Shown here: one piece after another, positions 9,469 through 19,277 of the stretch
Layout: the number at the start of each line of letters is the position of its first letter
Position numbering within the stretch: the first letter of the stretch is position 1
Assembly: GCA_964481255.1 (NCBI GenBank)
Contig: CAYZTZ010000006.1
Span: 1-57,652 of the forward strand
Reading direction: 5' to 3'
DNA length: 57,652 nucleotides
Origin: an uncultured Acidobacteriota bacterium
Lineage (GTDB): Bacteria; Acidobacteriota; UBA6911
Made by a program: the position numbers and the translations under genes
Notes under the pieces: generated by a model
Told to the model about the DNA's origin: nothing
Database searches by the model: none
What the model saw: the letters and a program-made list of their open reading frames with translations, nothing else

Positions 9469-11777
9469 TGACTGAATTTTATGACCGGCTGGAGGAATCA
9501 TTCCGCAACAGTTTCGAACCGCCGGCGCCGCCCGAAGAGAAATTGCGGCCCTGGACGGAAACGCGCGTCGTGGGCAAGGGCCTGCCCAGGGTGGACGCCT
9601 TTGAGCGGTGCTCCGGCAAAGCCGCGTACACGTATGACATCATCCTTCCCGGCATGGTTTACGGCGCGATACTCCGCTGCCCGCACGCCCACGCGATGGT
9701 GAAGAACGTCGACACGAGCGCGGCCGAAAAAATGCCCGGCGTGGTCGGCGTCCTCTCGGGGAAATCTCCCGGAGCCGACATCGGATGGTACGGAGGATTC
9801 GGGCCTCCGCAAAGCAAGCTCTTCGATCCTCACTGCCGCTACCAGGGGGACGAAGTCGCCGCCGTGGCCGCGCAGACCCCCTATCAGGCCTGGGACGCTC
9901 TGAAGGCCGTCAAGGCCGAATATGAGGTGCTCCCGTTTGTCCTCGACGAGGAGGAGGCGCTCAAACCGGACGCGCCCAGGCTTTTCGAGGGCGGCAATTC
10001 GAGCGGCAAGCCCATGGTCACGACAAGGGGAGACGTGGAAAAGGGTTTCGCGGAAGCCGATTTCGTTCTGGAACAGACCTTCACCACGAGCGTTCAGATC
10101 CACGCCAACATGGAAGTTCATGGCTCCGTGGTGAAATGGGACGGCGATAAGATCACCATCTGGGATTCCACGCAGGGGGTTTACGACGGCTGCATGCTCC
10201 CCTTCGCCCGCACGATGAAGCTCCCCTATAACAATGTCCGCGTGATCTGCCATTACATGGGAGGCGGTTTCGGCTCGAAGCTTGAGCTGGGCAAACACAC
10301 GGTCATCGCGGCGCTTCTCGCCCGCGCCTGCGGCCGCCCCGTCAAGCTGATGCTTTCGAGGGAGGAGAGCATGCTCGCGGTCGGCAACCGGCCGAACGCG
10401 AAAATGACTCTGAAGGCGGGAGTCAAGAAGGACGGGACGCTGACCGCATTGAAACTGACCAATTTTTTTACGCCGGGCGCTTACTCCTCCATGGCCTCCG
10501 TGGGATTCCTGGTCCAGGAGCTTTACAAATGTCCCAATATCTCGGTAACCGAAAGCGGGGCCTATACCAACGCCGGCCGATGCCGCGCCTTCCGGGCTCC
10601 GGGATTTCCGACGGGGGCCTGGTCGCTTGAGCAGATGATGGATATGCTCGCCGAAAAAATCAATATGGATCCGGTGGAGTTCCGCCTCAAAAACTTCACG
10701 GACTTCAGCCAGTCGAGGAAAGTGCCCTATTCAAGCGCCGGCTTGAAGGACTGCCTCATCGAAGGGGCCAGGAAGTTCGGTTGGAAGGAAGCCCGGGCTC
10801 TTCCCAAAGGCAGCGGGCCGGTCAAGCGCGGGTTCGGGATGGCGGCCGGGCTCTGGATGATGGGTTCCGGCGGGCCGCCTTATACCGCGGAAGTCAGGCT
10901 TTTCTCGGACGGGGGCGTCACCATCAAGACCGGTGCGATGGATCTGGGGACGGGGACCAAGACGTGCGCCTGCATGGTCGCGGCCGAAGAGCTCGGCGTC
11001 CCGCTCGAGAACGTCCGCATCATTAACGCCGACACAGCCATCACGCCCTATGCCTCCAGCAGCGGCGGCAGTATGACGCTTCCGAGCGTGGCCCCTGCGG
11101 TTCGCAGCGGCGCGGCGATCGTCAAGCGCCAGGTGCTGGCGTGGGCGTCGGAAGCGCTCGGCGTCCCCGCGGACGATCTCGAAATCAGGAACGACTCCAT
11201 CGTCAGCCGCAGCGATCCTTCGAAAAAGAGAACGCTGGATGCGCTGTTCCGCGCCAAAGGGGTCCTGGACGTGATCGGCATCGGCAATCGGGAACAGAAT
11301 CCCGCGAACAAGGCCATCATGCCGTTTGGAGCCCACTTCGTCGAAGTGGAGGTCAACACGGAAACCGGGCAGGTCAAGGTGGTGCGCATGGTCGCGGCCA
11401 ATGAAAGCGGCCGTGTGATCAACAGCAAGACTTTCGAATGCCAGGTCTTCGGGGGCATGACGATGGGCCTCGGGTACGCCCTGACGGAGAAGCGGGTCAT
11501 GGACCGCAGGACGGGGAAGATGTGCAACGCGAATCTGCGGGACTACAAGGTCCCCGGGGCCCTGGACGTGCCCGCGGACCACGAAGTCGTCCCCATCGAC
11601 CTCAAAGACAACGAATGCAACAACGTCGGCTGCAAGGGATTGGGCGAGCCCGCCCATGTGCCTACGGCGGCCGCCATCGCCAACGCCGTCTATGACGCGA
11701 TCGGCGTGAGGCCGGTCGACGGTCCGATCGACAGCAGGATGATCCTGGAACTGCTCGACAGCAAGAAAAGGGGATGA
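9465..11777 (+). CDS. Xanthine dehydrogenase-family molybdopterin-binding subunit (PaoC/YagR-like)
   Basis: GGGFGSK, RAFRAPG, DLGTG, SGGS, KGLGEP (catalytic Glu), AIANAVYDA; overlaps the upstream stop codon. Confidence 0.93.
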   Translation: MMTEFYDRLEESFRNSFEPPAPPEEKLRPWTETRVVGKGLPRVDAFERCSGKAAYTYDIILPGMVYGAILRCPHAHAMVKNVDTSAAEKMPGVVGVLSGKSPGADIGWYGGFGPPQSKLFDPHCRYQGDEVAAVAAQTPYQAWDALKAVKAEYEVLPFVLDEEEALKPDAPRLFEGGNSSGKPMVTTRGDVEKGFAEADFVLEQTFTTSVQIHANMEVHGSVVKWDGDKITIWDSTQGVYDGCMLPFARTMKLPYNNVRVICHYMGGGFGSKLELGKHTVIAALLARACGRPVKLMLSREESMLAVGNRPNAKMTLKAGVKKDGTLTALKLTNFFTPGAYSSMASVGFLVQELYKCPNISVTESGAYTNAGRCRAFRAPGFPTGAWSLEQMMDMLAEKINMDPVEFRLKNFTDFSQSRKVPYSSAGLKDCLIEGARKFGWKEARALPKGSGPVKRGFGMAAGLWMMGSGGPPYTAEVRLFSDGGVTIKTGAMDLGTGTKTCACMVAAEELGVPLENVRIINADTAITPYASSSGGSMTLPSVAPAVRSGAAIVKRQVLAWASEALGVPADDLEIRNDSIVSRSDPSKKRTLDALFRAKGVLDVIGIGNREQNPANKAIMPFGAHFVEVEVNTETGQVKVVRMVAANESGRVINSKTFECQVFGGMTMGLGYALTEKRVMDRRTGKMCNANLRDYKVPGALDVPADHEVVPIDLKDNECNNVGCKGLGEPAHVPTAAAIANAVYDAIGVRPVDGPIDSRMILELLDSKKRG

Positions 11778-11780
11778 GCC

Positions 11781-12752
11781 ATGATGAAAAATTTCGATTA
11801 CGTTAAAGCGGGCTCGCTCGCGGAGGCGATCAGGGCGGTGAGCGTCAAGGGCGCGTGGCTGCACGCGGGAGGCACGGATCTTCTGGGATGCGCCCGCGAC
11901 GAGGTTATGCCCGTCGACAAGGTGGTCAGTGTCAGCGGTCTTAAGGAGTTGAAAGGAATAGCGGCGCGGGCGGACGGGGGCCTCAGGATCGGAGCCCTCA
12001 CGACGCTGGCGGAGATCGCGGCGGACGGCTCCGTCTCCGGGAAGTTCGCCGTCCTGTCGCAGGCCGCGGCCGCCGTAGGCACACCTCAGATCCGCGAGCA
12101 GGGAACAATCGGCGGCAATCTGTGCCAGAGACCCCGCTGCTGGTACTTCCGCGGAGATTTCCAGTGCCTCAAGAAAGGCGGGAAGACCTGCTACGCCATG
12201 GCCGGGGAAAACCAGTATCACGCCATATTCGGCGGGGGACCCTGTTTCTTTGTGCATCCGTCGGATGTGGCGCCGGCTCTGGCGGCGCTGGAGGCCCAGG
12301 TCGGAATCGCCGGCCCGTCCGGGAGCCGGACCGTTTCCATCGACAATTTCTTTGTAAGCCCGGCCAAGGTCCTCGAGAGGGAGAACATACTCCGGCCCGG
12401 CGAAATCGTGACGGATATTCAAATCCCTCCGGTCCGCGGCGAGCTGAAGAGTTCCTACAGAAAGATCGCGGCCCGCGAGTCCTGGGATTTCGCCCTTGTC
12501 AGCGTGGCGGCGGCGCTCCAGATGGAAGGCGCGACGGTGCGGGGCGGCCGTCTCGTGCTGGGAGGAGTCGCTCCTCACCCGTGGCGGCTTCCGGAGGTGG
12601 AGAAACTCCTTGCAGGAAGAAAACTCGACGGCGCTCTGGCGGCCGAAGCCGCGTCGGCCGCGGCGTCCGGCGCCAAGGCGCTCCGGGACAATAAGTACAA
12701 GATAGCCATGGTTCAGGGCGCCGTCGAAGAAGTGCTGACCGCCTTCTTGTAA
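11781..12752 (+). CDS. Xanthine dehydrogenase-family FAD subunit with PaoB-type [4Fe-4S] insert
   Basis: AGGTDL, GTIGGNLCQRPRCWYFR...C...C...C, HPSD, GGVAPHPW. Confidence 0.92.
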   Translation: MMKNFDYVKAGSLAEAIRAVSVKGAWLHAGGTDLLGCARDEVMPVDKVVSVSGLKELKGIAARADGGLRIGALTTLAEIAADGSVSGKFAVLSQAAAAVGTPQIREQGTIGGNLCQRPRCWYFRGDFQCLKKGGKTCYAMAGENQYHAIFGGGPCFFVHPSDVAPALAALEAQVGIAGPSGSRTVSIDNFFVSPAKVLERENILRPGEIVTDIQIPPVRGELKSSYRKIAARESWDFALVSVAAALQMEGATVRGGRLVLGGVAPHPWRLPEVEKLLAGRKLDGALAAEAASAAASGAKALRDNKYKIAMVQGAVEEVLTAFL

Positions 12753-12788
12753 CGGACGCGGTGCCGGGCCGCGCCGGGGAGGTTCGAT

Positions 12789-13595
12789 ATGAAGCTTCTC
12801 ATGCTGCCGGCCTGTCTGTTTCTGTTCGCAGCGGCGCTCGGGGCTCAACAGCACGCCCTTACGGATAGCGGGGAAGAGGTCCTGCTGAACGCGGACGGCT
12901 CCTGGAAGTACCTGCAGGCAAAAGCCGGTGCGGTCCAATCGGAGGATGCCGGGTTCAAGCAGAAGGTTGTGGACCTCTATCATAAGGCGTTCTATTACGG
13001 GAGGAACACATGGCGCGTGAATAAATGGCTCGGCGTCCTCACCGAGCAGAACCCGAACGATGTGTGGATCACGCAGGAGATCATTTTTGAAACGCGCCCC
13101 GATTTTATCGTTGAGACGGGGACTCTTTGCGGGGGCAGCGCGGCCCTGTGGTCCACGATACTGGAACAGGTGAATCCCGAGGGCCGCGTCATAACCATCG
13201 ATATCATGGACCAGGCGCAGGACGCGCGCCGACTGCCGGTGGTTCAGAAACGCGTCGATTTCCTGCGGGGCAGCTCGACTTCTCCCGGGACTGTTGAGGA
13301 AGTCAGGAATCGCGTCAAAGGGAAGAAGGTCCTTGTGATCCTGGATTCCGACCACAGCAAGGAGCATGTGCTCAGGGAATTGGCGGCCTACGCCCCGCTT
13401 GTCAGCGTCGGGAGCTACCTGATCGTGCAGGACACCAATTTGAACGGGCATCCGGTGGATCCAGCATTCGGACCGGGTCCAATGGAGGCGCTCGAGGAAT
13501 TCCTGGCCGCAAACCCCGCTTTCGAGCCCGACAGGAGCCGCGAGCGTCTCCTTTTCACCATGCATCCCAGCGGATATCTCAGGCGGGTGCGTTAG
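12789..13595 (+). CDS. CmcI-family (cephalosporin hydroxylase / sugar O-methyltransferase-like) protein with N-terminal signal peptide
   Basis: WLG..Q.P.D, PDFIVETGT..GGS, ILDSDHSKEHV, YLIVQDT, PSGYLRR; hydrophobic signal peptide ending ALGA. Confidence 0.82.
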   Translation: MKLLMLPACLFLFAAALGAQQHALTDSGEEVLLNADGSWKYLQAKAGAVQSEDAGFKQKVVDLYHKAFYYGRNTWRVNKWLGVLTEQNPNDVWITQEIIFETRPDFIVETGTLCGGSAALWSTILEQVNPEGRVITIDIMDQAQDARRLPVVQKRVDFLRGSSTSPGTVEEVRNRVKGKKVLVILDSDHSKEHVLRELAAYAPLVSVGSYLIVQDTNLNGHPVDPAFGPGPMEALEEFLAANPAFEPDRSRERLLFTMHPSGYLRRVR

Positions 13596-13874
13596 CCGAG
13601 GCTGCGAGACGGGAGTCATGCATGATCGGGCCCCAGGGCGCACGGCGCGCTCCCATGCCCCCCTTCCACGCCTCATAAACGGATTTTGCCATTCTGCGCT
13701 AAGGCACAATCCTTTCCGATACGGCGGATAAATTCCCTGTCAACGACCTCTCTGCGTTCTGCAAAGAAGTTTTTCTTATTGAAGCGGCTGAGATCAGGGA
13801 ACTTGTTCAGAGACTGAGATCTGAAGGCATAAGGCGCTGTTTGGTCGGGAAAGCGCACTTCAACTTGGGATGGC

Positions 13875-14657
13875 TCACGAGGCGGGGCATCTGTCTGGGC
13901 CGGATGAAGAGTCTTTGAGGGCCAGCAGGTAAATGGACAGGCCCAAGCTGAAGTTGCCGTATCGGAGAATGGCGGCTTCCGTCTCAAGCAGGCGGGTCAG
14001 GGCCTTGTTCAACCACCGGTTTCCGCGCGTGCGCGAGCGCACGTCCGATCCCGCAGGGGCGATCCCGGCCTTTTTCAGGAGTCTCCACAGCGCCGCCGCC
14101 GGCAACAGAAATGTGTTGGCGCCGGTAAGGCGAAGCGGCCGGAAACCGGCATCCATTGCGGCACGGCGCAGTTCTTTCCTCCCAAAGCGGCGGTATGTCA
14201 TGATTTCTTCATCATGACTGCTTCGCAGACACTCGTAGGCGGGCCCCCGGAGCAATAATCGCCCTCCCGGCTTGAGCACGCGGTGGAACTCGCGCAGAGC
14301 CGCGCAACGGGCAGGCTCATCCTTCAGCTGCGACAACACGTCCAGGGAAACGACAAGGTCAAAAACGCCGGCGGGAAAAGGAAGCGAAGCTGCATCGGCC
14401 TGTGCAAGGGACTGCTCCCCGCGCCGGCGGCAAAAAGCCAGGGCCCCAAGAGAATAATCGATGCCGGCGACCCGGGCGCCGTAGTTCCGCCTCAGCCATC
14501 CCATGTTGAAGCCGGTGCCGCAGCCGGCGTCAAGCACGAGAGAATTCAAAGATACAGCGGCCGGAGGCAGGAGCGAGAGAGAGACGGCGCGCATCCCCAC
14601 ATACCACCAGTGGCTTTCCTCCTGCTCGAACATGTGGAGATATTCTCTTTCGTTCAT
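13875..14657 (-). CDS. Class I SAM-dependent methyltransferase
   Basis: HWWYVG, VLDAGCGTG, FDLVVSLDVL, LKPGGRLL. Confidence 0.88.
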   Translation of the reverse strand: MNEREYLHMFEQEESHWWYVGMRAVSLSLLPPAAVSLNSLVLDAGCGTGFNMGWLRRNYGARVAGIDYSLGALAFCRRRGEQSLAQADAASLPFPAGVFDLVVSLDVLSQLKDEPARCAALREFHRVLKPGGRLLLRGPAYECLRSSHDEEIMTYRRFGRKELRRAAMDAGFRPLRLTGANTFLLPAAALWRLLKKAGIAPAGSDVRSRTRGNRWLNKALTRLLETEAAILRYGNFSLGLSIYLLALKDSSSGPDRCPAS

Positions 14658-14660
14658 GGC

Positions 14661-15782
14661 CTAAGCCCTGAAGAAACGGCGCACGGACCGGATGATATGC
14701 TGAAGTTCCTCTTCCGTGAGTTCAGGATAGAGAGGCAGGGAGAGAATTTCACGCGAGGCTTCTGTTGCGGCGGGAAACTTCTGCCCCGGAAGGACAAAGC
14801 GCCGGAACGCAGGCTGCAGCGGCAGCGGAGCGGGGTAATGAACGAGGGTCTCGATTCCGCGCCGATGCAGGAACCGCCGCAGCTCATCGCGGCGGCGGGT
14901 GCGGATCGTGTATAAATGCCGGCCGGGCAAGAGTCCGGGTGGCGCCGGCAGCAGTTTGACATCCAGATCCGCAAAAGCCTCGTCATAACGCGCGGCCAGC
15001 ATTCTGCGGAGATGGTTCCTCTCCTCCAGTGCCTTCAGTTTAAACCTCAATACCGCCGCATGCAGCTCGTCAAGACGAGAGCAGTACCCCAGCAGTTCGT
15101 GATGGTAATTTTTATCCTGCCCGCCGTTCCGGAGTTTCCTGACCCGATCAATGAGCGCTGCATCCCGGGTCAAAACCATTCCCGCATCCCCGAAGGCGCC
15201 CATGTTTTTGGTAGGATAAAAACTGAATGCGCCGGCCAGGCCGAACGTGCCGAGAGGTCGTCCGTCCAACCGCGCGCCGTGAGCCTGGCACGCGTCCTCA
15301 ATAACGACCAGGCCGTAATTCTTTGCCAGGTCGAGAATGGCCTCAATGGCGCACGCCTGTCCATAAAGATGGACCGGAAGAATAACGCGCGTCTTTTTCC
15401 CGATACAGGATTCAACGCGGGATATGTCGATCTGCAGGGTATCGGGATCCACATCCGCAAAGCGCGGGATCGCCCCGGCCCGCCATATCGCCAAGGCAGT
15501 GAACCCCGCCGAAAGCGCCGTTGTAATCACTTCCTCCCCGGCTCCGGGAGCCAGAGCGCCGCTGGCGTCGATGGCCAGAGTAAGGGCGTCTGTGCCCGAT
15601 GCAACGCCTGCCGCATAGGGGGCGCCGAGCGCCGCGGCGAATTCCTTCTCCAGCGATTCCAGTTCCGGTCCAAGGAGGTAACGGCCTCGATCCAGCACGC
15701 GCGCCATCGCAGTTTCCAGATCCCGGCGATTGCGGGCGGATTCGCGACTGAGATCCAGGAATCGTATGGACAGGGGTTTCAT
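14661..15782 (-). CDS. DegT/DnrJ/EryC1/StrS NDP-sugar aminotransferase
   Basis: SGTDAL, PVHLYGQ, IEDACQAHG, FSFYPTKNMGAFGDAG, SRLDELHAA. Confidence 0.93.
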   Translation of the reverse strand: MKPLSIRFLDLSRESARNRRDLETAMARVLDRGRYLLGPELESLEKEFAAALGAPYAAGVASGTDALTLAIDASGALAPGAGEEVITTALSAGFTALAIWRAGAIPRFADVDPDTLQIDISRVESCIGKKTRVILPVHLYGQACAIEAILDLAKNYGLVVIEDACQAHGARLDGRPLGTFGLAGAFSFYPTKNMGAFGDAGMVLTRDAALIDRVRKLRNGGQDKNYHHELLGYCSRLDELHAAVLRFKLKALEERNHLRRMLAARYDEAFADLDVKLLPAPPGLLPGRHLYTIRTRRRDELRRFLHRRGIETLVHYPAPLPLQPAFRRFVLPGQKFPAATEASREILSLPLYPELTEEELQHIIRSVRRFFRA

Positions 15783-16783
15783 GTTCCCAGGTAAGTGGAT
15801 CGGTGCCGTTCGAAAAAGTCAAGAGTGCGGCGGATCCCCTCGCGCAGAGACACCCGGGGGCTCCAGCCGAGCTCTTCCTGAATGCGCGAAAAGGAACCGT
15901 AGTAGTCGCCGATGTCGATCTTCTGCTGCTCTTCGGGAAAAGGCGCAAAGCGATAGCGTCCTTTGCCTGCGACCGCGATCATGAGCTCGGCGAGGTCCAG
16001 CAGTGAAACCGGCGCTCCGCTACCCAGATTGAAGGTCTTACCGGGAGAGCGAGGACTTATTCCGGCAAGGAGCAAGGCGTCCACCACGCAGTCCACATAG
16101 GTCAGATCGCGCACCTGCCTGCCGTTTCCAAACAGAACGATTTCCTGATCGCACAGGATCTGATGGATGAACCAGCCGACGACTCCCTGGCTTGCATTTC
16201 GGATCATCTGCCGCGGGCCATAGGTGTTGGTAAGGCGCAGCGAACAGGTCTCTATCCCGTGAACCTGGTAATAAATGCGATGGTAGAGCTCTGCGGCGTA
16301 CTTGTGAACCCCGTTGATGTCCATGGGGAGGATGGGATGCTCCTCATCTACCGGAAGGCTCCGGGGTTTCCCGTAACATTGGCGCGTGCTGCTGTAAACG
16401 ATGCGAACGGAAGGGTTCGCAGCGCGGCAGCATTCCAGCAGGCAGAGATGCGCCTCGGCATTGCCGCCGAGGTCCTGCAACGGACTTTTCATGGAATCGG
16501 TATGGCTGACATGACCCGCCAGATTGAATATGATATCGACACCCGAAACCGCCTCGCGCAATTTGGATACTTCGCGGAGATCCATCGTGTAAACCCGGAC
16601 GGGGCGGGCGATCCCCTCCAGGTTGTGCGGATTCCCCCCGCACGCAGGATGGAGCGAATCAACGATGGCGATTTCCGCCCGGCTGGCTTCGGCGAGGCGC
16701 ATGGCGAGGGTGCTCCCGATGAAACCCAGTCCCCCGGTAATAAGCACGGATTTAGGATCGTAGGCGTCGAGATTTTGCGTCAT
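15779..16783 (-). CDS. NAD-dependent epimerase/dehydratase
   Basis: TGGLGFIG, NLAG, YSST, YxxxK-like NGVHK, LRLTNTYGPR; start set at MTQN (16783). Confidence 0.9.
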   Translation of the reverse strand: MTQNLDAYDPKSVLITGGLGFIGSTLAMRLAEASRAEIAIVDSLHPACGGNPHNLEGIARPVRVYTMDLREVSKLREAVSGVDIIFNLAGHVSHTDSMKSPLQDLGGNAEAHLCLLECCRAANPSVRIVYSSTRQCYGKPRSLPVDEEHPILPMDINGVHKYAAELYHRIYYQVHGIETCSLRLTNTYGPRQMIRNASQGVVGWFIHQILCDQEIVLFGNGRQVRDLTYVDCVVDALLLAGISPRSPGKTFNLGSGAPVSLLDLAELMIAVAGKGRYRFAPFPEEQQKIDIGDYYGSFSRIQEELGWSPRVSLREGIRRTLDFFERHRSTYLGT

Positions 16784-17000
16784 TTCATCCCTGACCTGCC
16801 AGGCGCGGGCCAAACCCCGGAGGGCGCGCCGCGTCCTCCGGGGCTCTCGCCTGGGGGGACGGAGTCGCCCGGCTGTGCGCCATCCCGGTGTTCCGTTGCA
16901 CAACCTTCTAAAACGGACCTCAGGCCCGTTCCTTTTCCGACTTGACGCTTTGGCGCGCCCCCTGGGTGAAAGAACCGAGGGACGCCTTTTGCCGCACGAT

Positions 17001-17777
17001 TCATTGCGGAGAGCCGGCGTCCTGCGCTCCTGTCCGCAGACCCTGCAATGGCGGACGGCGCAATAGCGCAGGGATGGCGACAAGCTTCCACCACGCGACA
17101 AGGAGCTGGCCGCACACCCTGCGGAGGTGCTTGAATCTAAAAAACTCGCTGCGCCCGTGACTGCGGGGGTAATGGTGCACCGGTATTTCCATAATGCGGC
17201 AGCCGCGGCTTTGAAACGTTTTCATCATCTCCACGCAGATCACGCCGCTATCGCAGGAAAGCGAAGTTCCGTCAAGCAGCGACCGGCGGAAAAGACGGAA
17301 GTCGCAGTCGACATCCTTGACGTTGAGGCGGAACAATAGGCGCATCAGGTGCTGATAGATGCGCCCCAATACGATCCGTATCGCGGGATCCGATCTGCTT
17401 ATTTTGTATCCGTTGACCAGATCCACTTTTTCGCCGAATGCCGCCAGCAGTTTCGGCAGCTCCTGGACGTCGTACTGCCCGTCTCCGTCGGTGTAGAAGA
17501 TAAGGTCCTTTGTGCAATTGGCGAAGCCGCGGATCAGTGCGGCGCCATATCCCCGATTGACGTCGTGGTGGATCGCCTTGAGGAAAGGATATTTCAGCGA
17601 AAGAGCTCGCAGCAGGTCCCCGGTCCCGTCCACGGACCCGTCATTGACAACCACAATCTCATAATCGTCTGTCAGATCCGGGAGCAGCCGTGCCGCCGCG
17701 TCAATGATCCTGCCGATGGAGCCCGCGTCGTTGCAGGCGGGGAAAAAGGCCGAAATCGAGTATTTCGCCGCATTCAT
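17001..17777 (-). CDS. GT2 glycosyltransferase (polyprenol-phosphate glycosyltransferase-like)
   Basis: FFPACND, VVNDGSVDGT, NRGYGAAL, YTDGDGQY, DVDCDFRLF. Confidence 0.9.
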   Translation of the reverse strand: MNAAKYSISAFFPACNDAGSIGRIIDAAARLLPDLTDDYEIVVVNDGSVDGTGDLLRALSLKYPFLKAIHHDVNRGYGAALIRGFANCTKDLIFYTDGDGQYDVQELPKLLAAFGEKVDLVNGYKISRSDPAIRIVLGRIYQHLMRLLFRLNVKDVDCDFRLFRRSLLDGTSLSCDSGVICVEMMKTFQSRGCRIMEIPVHHYPRSHGRSEFFRFKHLRRVCGQLLVAWWKLVAIPALLRRPPLQGLRTGAQDAGSPQ

Positions 17778-17795
17778 GGATAAGGTCCTCGGAAT

Positions 17796-19277
17796 TTAAA
17801 ACCCGCAATGACTCTCCCGCAGACGGAAACCGTCAAATTCGAGAATAATGGCATTGCCCGTCATCGCGTTCCTTGTCGGCAGCCGGCCGCCCGGGCCGAT
17901 AAAACGCACATCGAGGGACTGGACCGGATAGAACAATCGGAAAAGGCCGCCGTGGTCATAGAACCACGGCACATCTCCCCGGGGCGAGGGCGATTTGTCG
18001 ATGATGTACAATGTTGTGCCTTCGGGGAGAACGGGATGCAGCTTTTTCATCTCCTTCAGGGACGCTTCGGCAATGACGGACGCTTCGGCAATCCAGGAAT
18101 TCTTTGCCGCATGCCAGTTGTGAAACAGGACAGCCGCCGTGCAGGTTGCAACGAAGGCCGGGATGATCCAACGCGCGGACCCCTTGCCTGCATCCGCAAA
18201 ATGCCGGGACACCCTATCCAGCCAGGCTCCAACCAGGAGCGCCAGGCCGACCAGCGGGACGTACAGGTAATGATGCATCGTGAGGTTGCGCAGAAAAAGC
18301 ACAGGGCTTAGCGCCGCCATAAACCAGACAGAGCCGAACCACGTCCATCGATCCGTCATCCACAGGCGCCGGACGGCGCTGAGCGTGAACGGCACGACAA
18401 ATGCCAGGATGGCGAGGGCAATCAGATAATTCGTTAATCCCTCGAAGCGGAAAACGAGTCCGTCCGGCAGGTTGAAAGCCCACTTCAGATACTTGTATTT
18501 AAGACGAAGGCTGTCGAACGAGAACTCGAAATGATGGGGATGATGTATCCCTGCCGCATATATCTGGCCGGCCTTCGCCATCCAGTGAAATGCCAAGTAG
18601 GCGGCGCCTGTCAGGAGGAAAACAAAGGTCTTTTTGAAGGAGAGGCCGATGGCGCGCCGGATCGAACCCTGCGGCATCGAGAATCCATTTTCGCCCCGGA
18701 GAAATGCCATCGCGAAAAGGACAGCGGGCAGCGTGACGGCGGCTTCCTTGCACAGGAGCGAAAGGATGAATGACAGAATCGAAAAGACAGCGGCGAGGCG
18801 CCTGCCGTTGTTGAGGAACTTCAGGAACAGGAATACGGATAGGAGATAGAAAAGGGCATAGCTGAAGTCCGGCAGAAACTCCACCCCGTAGGTGACGTAG
18901 AAAGCCACGCAGTGCACGCCGAAGAAAAAAGCCCCGAGAACAGCACCGCGGTCCGCCAATCCCAACATGCGGAGAATGCCGAAAACGATCAGCGTATTCG
19001 CTCCGTGGACTATCAGGGGGAAAAGATTGTATCCGAGGGGATGCATGCCGAAGACGGGGTTCAGAAGGAAAGAGAAGATGATATAAGTCAGGGGCCGGTA
19101 CTGCCATAAATGGTCCGGTCCCTTGAAGATATGCCAGATATCGCTCGGGTTTTCGATCCGATGGGAGAAAAAGAAAAGGCTGTCGCCGTTGAAGAAATGA
19201 TCGCTCTTCCAGACAAATAACAGCGCCTCAAGGACCAGGATTCCCGTCAGCCAGAGGTTTCGGCGCGAATGAAGCAT
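17796..19277 (-). CDS. Multi-pass membrane protein, probable GT-C glycosyltransferase
   Basis: GD motif after TM1, YRPL, LLCKEAAVTLP, HYLYVP; about 11 TM segments; start set at MLHS. Confidence 0.7.
   Translation of the reverse strand: MLHSRRNLWLTGILVLEALLFVWKSDHFFNGDSLFFFSHRIENPSDIWHIFKGPDHLWQYRPLTYIIFSFLLNPVFGMHPLGYNLFPLIVHGANTLIVFGILRMLGLADRGAVLGAFFFGVHCVAFYVTYGVEFLPDFSYALFYLLSVFLFLKFLNNGRRLAAVFSILSFILSLLCKEAAVTLPAVLFAMAFLRGENGFSMPQGSIRRAIGLSFKKTFVFLLTGAAYLAFHWMAKAGQIYAAGIHHPHHFEFSFDSLRLKYKYLKWAFNLPDGLVFRFEGLTNYLIALAILAFVVPFTLSAVRRLWMTDRWTWFGSVWFMAALSPVLFLRNLTMHHYLYVPLVGLALLVGAWLDRVSRHFADAGKGSARWIIPAFVATCTAAVLFHNWHAAKNSWIAEASVIAEASLKEMKKLHPVLPEGTTLYIIDKSPSPRGDVPWFYDHGGLFRLFYPVQSLDVRFIGPGGRLPTRNAMTGNAIILEFDGFRLRESHCGF

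Noticed and set aside
10731-13709. 992-aa minus-strand ORF, and similar long antisense ORFs (22220-24433, 29269-30864, 25-1230)
   Set aside because: These are shadow ORFs opposite well-supported genes in high-GC DNA, with no recognisable motifs.
13677-13918. Lower-GC stretch with a protein-like plus frame (DKFPVNDLSAFCKEVFLIEAAEIRELVQRL)
   Set aside because: There is no start codon, it is preceded by a stop, and no family is recognisable. It could be a relic but cannot be supported.
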